The position numbers and the translations under genes are program-made. Under the pieces are notes generated by a model that was given only the letters and a program-made list of their open reading frames with translations, searched no databases and was not told where the DNA came from. From positions 1 through 32,606 of IMG/VR virus record IMGVR_UViG_3300014613_000065: DNA of 32,606 nucleotides; one strand, 5' to 3'. The stretch comes from a virus. Its lineage: Duplodnaviria > Caudoviricetes. Below, in pieces: positions 25,074-32,606 of this stretch (its first letter is position 1; every line of letters starts with the position of its first letter).

Positions 25074-26966
25074 ATGCTAGAAACTTTACGCGCTAGGCTA
25101 GCCCTGGCTGTGCTGCCGAGACAGAAGGCCGACAATAGAAACGGCCCCAGCCCATTTCAGATAATTTCTACACAGCCGGCCAATATCCCAGTATATTCAG
25201 ATATGACTGTCAGGAAGTCGACGCGCGAGGGCTACAAGCTCAGCGTCTACGTCTACCGTGCCGTGAGGACTATCATCCAGGCGGCCAGCGCCGTTCCTTG
25301 GGTCGTGCTCGATGACAAAGGGGAACAAATTGAAGATCACCCACTGACCGAAGTCCTGAAGAATCCCAATCCCGTATTCTCCGGACAGGATATGATTGAG
25401 TTTCTGATTGGCCACCTTGAGCTCGTCGGCAACGCATTGTGGCAGCCGATTATAGTAGGAAACAAGGTGAAGGAAATCTGGCCTGTTATGCCCGACTTGG
25501 TACAACCTATTCCGTCAGACGTACCTGGTGAATGGCTTAAAGGCTGGCAGGTAACTGAGGCGAACGGTCGCCTGCAAATCGTAGAACCGAATCGGTTCAT
25601 TCACTTTATGCAGATAGACCCGGGCAATCCCTACTGGGGAATGGGGCCTCTCCTGGCAGCGGCTCGTACCATCGATACCGATAACGAGGCGCAGGATACG
25701 CAGAAGATATCGATGCAGAACCGGGCGACTCCTGACGGAGTATTCACTCACGAGGACATACTGACGCTGGAACAGTTTGAGGAAGCCCGCCGTCAGATAC
25801 GGGAGCAGTATCTAGCCAAGAATAGGCGGCGTGAGCCGTGGGTATTGGGCGCTGGTACAAAATGGAATCAGATGAGTCTTACGCCTGTCGAGATGGACTT
25901 TATAGCGAGCAGACTTGCCAATCTCAGGGGTATAGCCGCAGCCTTCGGCATCGACCCGTGGTGGCTCGGAGACAAGAGTGCCTCGACATACAACAATGTT
26001 GAGGAGGCTCGCAAGGCTCTATATGAGGTGGTTGTGCTCCCGATGCTGGACGATATAAAGGCCACGCTCAATCTCCGGATAGCCCCGATGTACGGGAATA
26101 TAGTCATCGCCTATGATACCTCAAAGGTAGCGGCGCTGAGGGCAGACTACAGCAAGAAGGTAGAGCAAGCCAAGAGCCTATGGAGCATGGGCGTACCATT
26201 CGACAAGATAAACTCAAGGCTAGAGATGGGCTTTGAGGAGTTCCCTGGCTGGGATGTTGGATATTTGCCATTCACCCTGGCGCCTGCTGGGACGAGCGGA
26301 CCCATTGCTCCAGCAGTTGAGGGAGCCGCGGCGGGGGAGCCGATAGAATCGAAGACCTTAACGCCCCGGGACTGGGAAGAGGCGTATAGTGATGACCCGC
26401 CACATTGGGCGGTGGATTTAACCCCGTCGTTATTTGCTCAGGAATTTGCCCAGGAGATGGCAGACCGCAAACTAAAGTCAGTGCTGGAGATAGGTTGCGG
26501 CAATGGTCGAGACTCTATCTTCTTTGCTAGGGCCGGCTTCAAGGTGACCGCCATCGATGTGGCCCCCAGTGCTATTAAGCTGGCGGAGGAAAACACCAAA
26601 GAGGCTGAGGTCACTATAGACTTCCAGGTGGCCAATGCCGAGAAGTTACCGTTTAAGGACGGCGAGTTTGACGCCATGTTTTCCCTGTCAGTGCTGCATG
26701 CCACAAAGCTATCGAAGTCTTTACCCGAAGTCAACCGGGTACTGGCTGATAACGGCCTTGCCTTTGTTTATATATACGGCGATACTGAGTTCGCCAACGG
26801 CCAGCGAGAGGAAGTAATCACCGCCGACAAATACCTTGAGTTGGTTAAAGCCTTGAATTTTATCGTGTTGGACTTCTACTCTGAGCAGGAGACGCAATTC
26901 GACGAATTTGGCGAAAAGCACTTGATACTTGTTTCATTGCTGCAGAAGGCAGGAGAACCGAAATGA
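25074..26966 (+). CDS. HK97-family portal protein fused to a class I SAM-dependent methyltransferase
   Basis: Portal motifs (LVGNALW, YWGMGPL, EMDF, IAAAFGIDP, STYNNVEEA); after a Pro/Ala linker, VLEIGCGNGRDS..VTAIDVAP..AEKLPFKDGEFD from ~26355. Confidence 0.9.
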   Translation: MLETLRARLALAVLPRQKADNRNGPSPFQIISTQPANIPVYSDMTVRKSTREGYKLSVYVYRAVRTIIQAASAVPWVVLDDKGEQIEDHPLTEVLKNPNPVFSGQDMIEFLIGHLELVGNALWQPIIVGNKVKEIWPVMPDLVQPIPSDVPGEWLKGWQVTEANGRLQIVEPNRFIHFMQIDPGNPYWGMGPLLAAARTIDTDNEAQDTQKISMQNRATPDGVFTHEDILTLEQFEEARRQIREQYLAKNRRREPWVLGAGTKWNQMSLTPVEMDFIASRLANLRGIAAAFGIDPWWLGDKSASTYNNVEEARKALYEVVVLPMLDDIKATLNLRIAPMYGNIVIAYDTSKVAALRADYSKKVEQAKSLWSMGVPFDKINSRLEMGFEEFPGWDVGYLPFTLAPAGTSGPIAPAVEGAAAGEPIESKTLTPRDWEEAYSDDPPHWAVDLTPSLFAQEFAQEMADRKLKSVLEIGCGNGRDSIFFARAGFKVTAIDVAPSAIKLAEENTKEAEVTIDFQVANAEKLPFKDGEFDAMFSLSVLHATKLSKSLPEVNRVLADNGLAFVYIYGDTEFANGQREEVITADKYLELVKALNFIVLDFYSEQETQFDEFGEKHLILVSLLQKAGEPK

Positions 26967-27172
26967 GTTGCACATGGGAAAAGAAAAACGGGCGCTGGGT
27001 TTGTCAGGCAAAGGAATGCACACATTGGAGAGAAGATGGTTGTGAACTTGGCAAGGTATCTCTGTCCTGTGATAATTCAGATTGCAAATGGCATATTGAA
27101 ATATCTAACCGCTGTATGTGCATGGATGTTCACCTTGATGCCGATGGTAAGTGCTTAGGAGTTAAGTCGTGA
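26963..27172 (+). CDS. Cys-rich small protein with two internal repeats
   Basis: CQAKECTHW...C and CDNSDCKWH...C; ATGA/GTGA overlaps. Confidence 0.6.
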   Translation: MSCTWEKKNGRWVCQAKECTHWREDGCELGKVSLSCDNSDCKWHIEISNRCMCMDVHLDADGKCLGVKS

Positions 27173-27516
27173 ATCTTAAAAAAGGCACCTCGAATTATAA
27201 AAGGTATATGACTAAATGCTTATCCACCAAGTCTATCAACCTCTCAACTGATGAGCAAAAGACAGCTCACTGGAAGCGGATAGACCGCAGACGTGTAGGC
27301 TGGTGGGGAGTGGTGAACAAGAAAGTATTACCGCTCTATGATGCCGAAGCCAAGGCCGTTGAAAAGGCTATCAAAGGCAAGACACCAGAGCAGCTAGTTG
27401 ATGCAGCCGAAAAGGCTATCAATGCTGGCAGACCTGAATGGGAGAAGATGCTGACCGCTATTTCGATGAGTATCATAGAAGACTTCGGTAATGAAACGGC
27501 AGAGGATTTACAATAA
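27169..27516 (+). CDS. MuF/SPP1-gp7 minor head protein, N-terminal part
   Basis: Helical sequence after the portal gene, ending abruptly (EDFGNETAEDLQ*) 5 nt before a promoter; MuF core follows the insert. Confidence 0.6.
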   Translation: MNLKKGTSNYKRYMTKCLSTKSINLSTDEQKTAHWKRIDRRRVGWWGVVNKKVLPLYDAEAKAVEKAIKGKTPEQLVDAAEKAINAGRPEWEKMLTAISMSIIEDFGNETAEDLQ

Positions 27517-27521
27517 ACCAC

Positions 27522-27550
27522 TTGACAATAAGGGCTGGTTGTTGTAATAT
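27522..27550 (+). promoter_or_regulatory. Leaderless-type promoter of the HNH cassette
   Basis: TTGACA-N17-TAATAT, 6 nt, ATG 27557. Confidence 0.8.
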
Positions 27551-27556
27551 AGAAGT

Positions 27557-27724
27557 ATGGAAAGGATAGATTTACAACAGTTAGCCGAAGAAATCAGGCA
27601 CATGAAGCGCCATCAGCCCTTTTATAGGTTGCTTAAAGCGGAACTAGAGCAGCTTGGTTATTGGAAGAATAGGCAACGAGGAGACCCTGCCAAAGGTTAT
27701 AAAGAGAGGGGTAAAAATGCCTGA
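27557..27724 (+). CDS. 55-aa protein leading the HNH cassette
   Basis: Hand-translated MERIDLQQLAEEIRHMKRHQPFYRLLKAELEQLGYWKNRQRGDPAKGYKERGKNA; overlaps the HNH start. Confidence 0.7.
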   Translation: MERIDLQQLAEEIRHMKRHQPFYRLLKAELEQLGYWKNRQRGDPAKGYKERGKNA

Positions 27725-28304
27725 GATTGGAGAGATTAAACGAGGCAGGGAAATTGGTTATAAAAGCGGGGATAAACATATCTGGATTGCCTGCCAAGAA
27801 TGCGGGAAACAGCGGTGGGTAGTATTTAGAGAGGGATATCCGCAAGCCACTATATGCCGGAGTTGTTCAGCTAAAAGACCTGAACGCTTGGCCAAAGTAT
27901 CACAAAAATTAAAGGGAAGATTTACAGGGATAAAGGCAAGTGGTTGGAAGGGTGGCCGGTACATAGATGATGGTTATATTTTCGTTAGGATTTATCCCGA
28001 TGACTTCTTTTACCCGATGGCTCATAAGAATGGTTATGTTCTTGAGCACCGCCTAGTGGTAGCGAAAGCAATAGGCCGGTGTCTCCATCGCTGGGAGATT
28101 GTTCACCACCTGCACGACAAATATCCTGCGGGAAGTATTGATGACAAGCAGGATAATAGATACCCTGAAAACCTTCAGCTTGTTCAAGAAATGCAACACA
28201 GGCAGATTACCAATCTAGAAAATAGAATCAAATATCTTGAGGAGCGAGTTACGCTATTAGAAGCTGAGAACGTAGTATTAAAGGCAGAGCAAATGACCAT
28301 TTAA
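27717..28304 (+). CDS. HNH endonuclease with N-terminal zinc finger (paralogue of 16235..16753)
   Basis: MPEIGEIK...CQECGKQRWV..CRSC; EHRLVVAKAIGRCLHRWEIVHH...DNRYPENLQL. Confidence 0.9.
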   Translation: MPEIGEIKRGREIGYKSGDKHIWIACQECGKQRWVVFREGYPQATICRSCSAKRPERLAKVSQKLKGRFTGIKASGWKGGRYIDDGYIFVRIYPDDFFYPMAHKNGYVLEHRLVVAKAIGRCLHRWEIVHHLHDKYPAGSIDDKQDNRYPENLQLVQEMQHRQITNLENRIKYLEERVTLLEAENVVLKAEQMTI

Positions 28305-28332
28305 TCATATCTGCCGAGCGTAAAATGGAACT

Positions 28333-28359
28333 AGAGCCGTTCAGAAATGGACGGCTTTT
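28333..28359 (+). terminator. Terminator-like hairpin closing the HNH cassette
   Basis: AGAGCCGTTCA-gaaa-TGGACGGCTTTT; short U-tract. Confidence 0.55.
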
Positions 28360-28378
28360 GCATTGAGGAGATATTTTA

Positions 28379-28846
28379 ATGGTAGAAAAGAAATTCGTGT
28401 TCGACCCGATGAGCGCAGCTATACGAGCTTGGATAGCAAAGAACGGCGCTGCTTCTATTAAAACTATCCTGGCTACTAATCTTGAAGATGTAAAAGGTGT
28501 TATCCTGGCCGGTGTGGATGAGAACCTGACTACCGTGCAGATAGGCCGGAACCTGCGGCAATTCTACACAGATAGGAGTCCCTTCAAAAGTATGCGTGTT
28601 GCTCGAACTGAGACGAGCCATGCTGCGGGATTTTCGCAAAGGGAAGCTGCCAGGCAGTCGGGCGTAGTTAAGACGAAGCAATGGATTTCAAGCCGGGACG
28701 ATAGAGTTCGGGATGAGCATCTGGCTATGGATAGCGACTCTCATTATGAAGCAGTGCCATTTAATGAACCCTATCCGAATGGCGATATGTACCCTGGAGA
28801 GAATTCTATTATGTGCCGATGCGCTGAATCGTACGGGACCAGATAA
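28379..28846 (+). CDS. MuF/SPP1-gp7 minor head protein, C-terminal core
   Basis: RVARTET...KQWISSRDDRVRDEH...YPGE..IMCRC; RBS GAGGAG. Confidence 0.85.
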   Translation: MVEKKFVFDPMSAAIRAWIAKNGAASIKTILATNLEDVKGVILAGVDENLTTVQIGRNLRQFYTDRSPFKSMRVARTETSHAAGFSQREAARQSGVVKTKQWISSRDDRVRDEHLAMDSDSHYEAVPFNEPYPNGDMYPGENSIMCRCAESYGTR

Positions 28847-29367
28847 TGGAACGATTGGTAGACTATAAATATTCCGAGTTGATATCAGCTGGATTCGACA
28901 GGCTACCTCCGGGAATAGCTAATCGATTGCGATATACTCACTTCTTCACGGGTACTGACCCAGTCTATGCGGGCCTGTTTGATTATGATAAAACTGACGA
29001 CGGCAGATCATATCATAATGAATGGTGTGTAGCTTATCCTTATCACCTAACTAAGTTACCCAAGAGGCTTAGGCAGACGACAGTCATAATGCCGGAATTT
29101 GATAAAAGATATCCTGTGATGCTATTACCCATGCTAATAGTCCATGAGCTTGCCCATGTGCTTGATGGGATACTGGGGTTTGACTATATGGCTGAACCAG
29201 TGACGCAGTATGCCGAGACAGACCGGATGGAAGCCTTCGCTGACGCATTTGTACTCTGGCAAAATCCAGGGTATAGGCAGTATTATGATTTAATTCGTAC
29301 GGTAGATGATAGAACATCGAGCCTCTTCAGAGAATTAGAAGAACTGTGGAAAGTAAATATTCAGTAA
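28846..29367 (+). CDS. Zincin-type metallopeptidase
   Basis: VHELAHVLD...QYAETDRMEAFADAF; TAATG coupling to MuF. Confidence 0.75.
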   Translation: MERLVDYKYSELISAGFDRLPPGIANRLRYTHFFTGTDPVYAGLFDYDKTDDGRSYHNEWCVAYPYHLTKLPKRLRQTTVIMPEFDKRYPVMLLPMLIVHELAHVLDGILGFDYMAEPVTQYAETDRMEAFADAFVLWQNPGYRQYYDLIRTVDDRTSSLFRELEELWKVNIQ

Positions 29368-29480
29368 AGTGCATAGAGTGTGGCCAGAAATGTACTAGTT
29401 TTACTGCATACCTTCACATGATTAAAACAGGTCACAATAGATGGACATTATTGTTACCCAGAAAACAGGGAGGTTAAATC

Positions 29481-30011
29481 ATGTTAGAGCGCAAGACAGT
29501 CAACTTTAAGGTCGATAAAATCGATGAGGAGGAGGGAACCTTCACCGGGTATGCTTCAACCTTCAGTGACGTGCCGGATAGCTATGGCGACATAGTTGAC
29601 CCCGGGGCGTTCAAGAAGACCCTGAAAGCGCAGAAGGGGCAGATAGTAAGCCTTTTCAACCACAGCATTATGGAGCCTATAGGCAAACCCACGGAGATGG
29701 CAGAGGATGAGAAGGGGCTGCTAATAAAAGCAAAACTGACCCTCGGTGTCCAGCGGGCAAGGGAAGTTCTCAGCCTGATGAAAGATGGTGTCATTACCCA
29801 GATGTCTATCGGCTATGAAACCATGAAGGAAGTATATACAGATGGCATAAGACACCTGAAGGAGGTCAAACTTTACGACGTTTCGCCTGTGGTTTTCGCT
29901 GCCAATCCCGAAGCTAGGATTGTCGGTGTCAAGTCTAAACAACCAAAAGAGTTTAAGAGTCTTGAAGACTTTTATGAATCTACTGAGGTATGGGAATATG
30001 ATACTGTTTGA
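29481..30011 (+). CDS. HK97-family prohead protease
   Basis: FTGYASTF, DSYGDIV, LFNH, PIG, MSIGY, LYDVSPVVFAANPEA. Confidence 0.95.
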   Translation: MLERKTVNFKVDKIDEEEGTFTGYASTFSDVPDSYGDIVDPGAFKKTLKAQKGQIVSLFNHSIMEPIGKPTEMAEDEKGLLIKAKLTLGVQRAREVLSLMKDGVITQMSIGYETMKEVYTDGIRHLKEVKLYDVSPVVFAANPEARIVGVKSKQPKEFKSLEDFYESTEVWEYDTV

Positions 30012-30540
30012 GAAGGGTCTCAAGTTGGGCGATTCTAGTAATCATATCTGTCAAAACATGGTTTTGCTGAGTAGTAACAAGTTCAAGGTTTGCTGGAATA
30101 TTATTAGTTCTATTGCCATCTTTGTGATGAATATGCTCCCAGCGTTTAAGTGGGCGACCCAACATTTGACTCATTACAAAGCGATGTTCATATACTTCAC
30201 TCCGGCAATCTGCCATAGGACTATCGGGCTTCCAAAGTCTAATATAACCATGAGAGGTATGTCTTATGTGCGGTATTTTAATTCGGCCCTTTTGTTCCCA
30301 AGGAAACTTTCTGACACAATGATTACAACAGCCCGTAAAAACTTTATGTTCATTTCTTTTATCAAACTGATGGACTGCAACCCATCTATCCTGTCCACAA
30401 CTACCACAAGTTACAAGAATGGCAAGCCTATTTTCTCTACCTCCCATAATTTGGTGGCAAATTGTATCCCAATGGAGAACAGAACCAGTTATTTTGATAA
30501 CTTCATCGCCAAACGGTCTTTGTTTTCTCGGTTGTGCCAT
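29980..30540 (-). CDS. HNH endonuclease, inverted orientation
   Basis: CGSCG..CNHC; YEHRFVMSQMLGRPLKRWEHIHHKDGNRTNNIPANLEL. Confidence 0.9.
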   Translation of the reverse strand: MAQPRKQRPFGDEVIKITGSVLHWDTICHQIMGGRENRLAILVTCGSCGQDRWVAVHQFDKRNEHKVFTGCCNHCVRKFPWEQKGRIKIPHIRHTSHGYIRLWKPDSPMADCRSEVYEHRFVMSQMLGRPLKRWEHIHHKDGNRTNNIPANLELVTTQQNHVLTDMITRIAQLETLLKQYHIPIPQ

Positions 30541-30561
30541 TTTATTTCACCCCTTGATATT

Positions 30562-30590
30562 ATTATACCATACTTTAAAGAACAATGCAA
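30562..30590 (-). promoter_or_regulatory. Promoter for the inverted HNH gene
   Basis: Minus strand TTGCAT-N17-TATAAT with TGn extension; RBS AGGGGTG. Confidence 0.75.
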
Positions 30591-30604
30591 TAGGAGGTTG
30601 TACA

Positions 30605-31207
30605 ATGCCATATCCGCAAGAACATAGTTGTAGAATTTCCCCTCCTGAAAATTACGAGAAATTCAGGAGGGGTAAACGTAAACACGAAGGTAAAGAATAT
30701 AGTGTTATTTACGGTAAGCTGAAGGATGAGAATAAGTGGGAAGACCAAGCCTTCCGCTACGACAAAGAGGTGTGGGAGGCAGACGACGCCAAAACTCACT
30801 GCAAAGACCACGATGGTACATTTGAAGCTGCTACTGATACTGAAAAGACTCTTGTCTTTGCCAACCAAGCTAAGATGGCGCTTGCTGCCATCGAAACGGC
30901 GCTTGCTGCCGTTAAGGACTTGGTTACCCGTATTGAGGCGCTTGCTGCCTTGAGGCGGAAGGAAGGCAGGGTATTCTCTAATACCAACCGTAGATTGCTT
31001 GCTGATTTACGGGAGGAAATTCTAAAGGTGGCTAAAGTTATAGATGAGCTACTTGAGGCCACAAAGCCGGAGGATGGGAACGAAGATGGGGAGAAGATGA
31101 CATCGCTCGCCTTAATTGTTTCTGGACTCAAGGCCGAGAACGAAGGTTTCGATATTAAACAGGCCGAGGGCCGCATCGAAGCCAAACTTGAGCAACTGAG
31201 AAAATAA
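30605..31207 (+). CDS. Detached C-terminal region of the prohead protease/scaffold
   Basis: RBS AGGAGG + ATG; PYPQEHSCRI...CKDHDGTFEAA domain and KEGRVFSNTNRRLL helix, recalled as protease C-terminal extensions. Confidence 0.65.
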   Translation: MPYPQEHSCRISPPENYEKFRRGKRKHEGKEYSVIYGKLKDENKWEDQAFRYDKEVWEADDAKTHCKDHDGTFEAATDTEKTLVFANQAKMALAAIETALAAVKDLVTRIEALAALRRKEGRVFSNTNRRLLADLREEILKVAKVIDELLEATKPEDGNEDGEKMTSLALIVSGLKAENEGFDIKQAEGRIEAKLEQLRK

Positions 31208-31228
31208 AAACAAGCGAGGTAAACTAAC

Positions 31229-32464
31229 ATGGACCCTGAAGAGTTCAAGAAATTAACTGATATGATCCAAAGCGCAGTTAATGAACTGCACAAAGCCACG
31301 GAGCGCCAGGACGCCGAGATTACGAAGTTCGGCGGAGTCACCGGAGAGACCAAGTCGTCTGTGGACAAGATTCAAGCCGATTTGACCGGGCTTCTTGGCC
31401 AGAAGGCTGACCACGATAAAAAGCTAGAAGAGATGGAGGTCAAACTCCAGCGCCAGACGATACCGGGAGCAGCACCTATTACCAGCCCGGCAGATGAGAC
31501 CAAAGCAGCGCACAAGGCCGCCTTCTACAAATTCATCAGAGGCGGCATGTCGGCAATGGCTCCTGATGAGCGGAAGGCTCTGGTGGAAGATGCCACTGGT
31601 CAGATACTGGTTGAGCCCGAGCTGGACATGGATATTATCCGGGAGCTACCAAAGATTACTGCCGTCCGGCCACTAGCTACGGTAAGGACTATCGGCAAAG
31701 ACCGCCTGAAGATGCGCAGCATTGGTGGCGTGACCGTCGGCTGGGGTAAACTGGAAACAGGAACCGCCCCGACCGAATCCACGCCCACTGTAGCCGCGGC
31801 TACCTACCAGTACGTTGAAGACCTCATGGGTCTTGTCAAGATTGGTGTGGACGAGCTGATGGATGCTGACTTCAACCTCGAAGGTATTCTGGCAGAGGAA
31901 TTTGCCAGGGCGCTGGGCGAGGAAGAGGATAAGCAGTTCATACTCGGCGATGGCCATGCCAGCCAAGAGCCAGAGGGCATTACCATTAATGCCACTCTCA
32001 TCGGAAATACCGTAACCACAACCGCTGCAGGGGCTGTCACCGTAGAGAAGTTCATGGAGATGCTCTACCAATGCCCGACTCAGTACCGGAGAAACGGGAC
32101 ATTCATGGTGAACTCTACTGTCGAGCTTGCCATGAGGCAGCTTAGAGGGCTAACCGGCGCGACCTACGAGGGGCCATTCCTGTGGCAGCCAAGCGTTATA
32201 GCCGGTACGCCCAACACCTTCCTGGGCCATCCCATCGTCAATCAGGACGACATGCTGGACCTTACCGCCGTTAGTGCGGTCATCGCTATCTTCGGCGACT
32301 TCAAAATGGGTTATCGCATCGTCGATAGAATGGGCATGACCATCCAGAGAATCACCGAGCTGTACGCCGAAGCCGGCCAAGTCGGCTTCTTGATCACCAG
32401 GAGAGTCACCGGTGGAGTCCTGCGTGCAAGCCAGCAACCACTGGTACTGTTAACCGAGCTTTAG
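31229..32464 (+). CDS. HK97-fold major capsid protein with N-terminal delta/scaffold domain
   Basis: Coiled-coil N-terminus; FILGDG..EPEGI; FLWQPS..TFLGHPI; IFGDF..YRIVDR; GQVGF. Confidence 0.95.
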   Translation: MDPEEFKKLTDMIQSAVNELHKATERQDAEITKFGGVTGETKSSVDKIQADLTGLLGQKADHDKKLEEMEVKLQRQTIPGAAPITSPADETKAAHKAAFYKFIRGGMSAMAPDERKALVEDATGQILVEPELDMDIIRELPKITAVRPLATVRTIGKDRLKMRSIGGVTVGWGKLETGTAPTESTPTVAAATYQYVEDLMGLVKIGVDELMDADFNLEGILAEEFARALGEEEDKQFILGDGHASQEPEGITINATLIGNTVTTTAAGAVTVEKFMEMLYQCPTQYRRNGTFMVNSTVELAMRQLRGLTGATYEGPFLWQPSVIAGTPNTFLGHPIVNQDDMLDLTAVSAVIAIFGDFKMGYRIVDRMGMTIQRITELYAEAGQVGFLITRRVTGGVLRASQQPLVLLTEL

Positions 32465-32606
32465 GCCTCTTAGACCGCCTGGCAGCGGTTAAGCACACCT
32501 GATGAGGTGAAGCGAATAAGTAACAAGGTAATATGAAGGAGGACGGAACATGGAAAATAAATTAAGGGGTGCGTGTTTAGGGGCAACTTACTGACCCACC
32601 CCTAAA

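Noticed and set aside
27498-28315. 7-bp complementarity CGGCAGA/TCTGCCG across the MuF insert
   Set aside because: Too short to exceed chance, and there is no comparable pairing at the other cassettes.
12870-30604. Group I/II introns, inteins or gene-60-style ribosomal bypassing as the explanation for the interrupted genes
   Set aside because: There is too little non-coding sequence for a ribozyme core, there are no in-frame C...HN intein ends, two inserts are inverted, no matched take-off/landing codons were found, and the downstream parts have their own start signals. Not excluded experimentally.
29920-30627. 235-aa + strand ORF, and the 30419 start for the next ORF
   Set aside because: Antisense shadows of the inverted HNH gene with no RBS; the supported start is ATG 30605 with AGGAGG.
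30796-32437. Minus-strand ORFs over the protease C-part and capsid gene, and similar ones throughout the window
   Set aside because: Antisense shadows of well-supported + strand genes with no motifs or RBS.
32550-32606. 18-codon ORF/hairpin after the capsid gene
   Set aside because: At the window edge; cannot tell a frameshifted gene start from an end artefact.

Overview
A 32.6-kb piece of a tailed-phage genome (HK97-type head), almost entirely on the + strand. It runs from the end of the tail/lysis genes through an early recombination, DNA-modification and replication region to terminase, portal, MuF, prohead protease and major capsid genes. No integrase, CRISPR array, rRNA or canonical tRNA was seen. 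The main signal is seven homing-endonuclease-like genes (six HNH, one LAGLIDADG), six of which appear to have landed inside other genes with no room for an intron or intein. At each site the sequence suggests the target gene was repaired. Three targets are split with a new stop plus RBS/ATG (ASCH-like protein, MuF, prohead protease). One has a replacement N-terminus (DNA methylase) and one probably a replacement C-terminus (late regulator). At one site the core of a ruvC-like gene is swapped for the non-homologous analogue rusA, with both ruvC ends left behind. Most cassettes bring a sigma70-type promoter, three of them with identical leaderless geometry. Other oddities are portal-methyltransferase and methyltransferase-TerS fusions, a catalytically dead prohead-protease paralogue, arrays of structured non-coding RNA, and a cysteine peptidase where an endolysin is expected. 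All protein family calls come from motif recognition by eye, not database searches.
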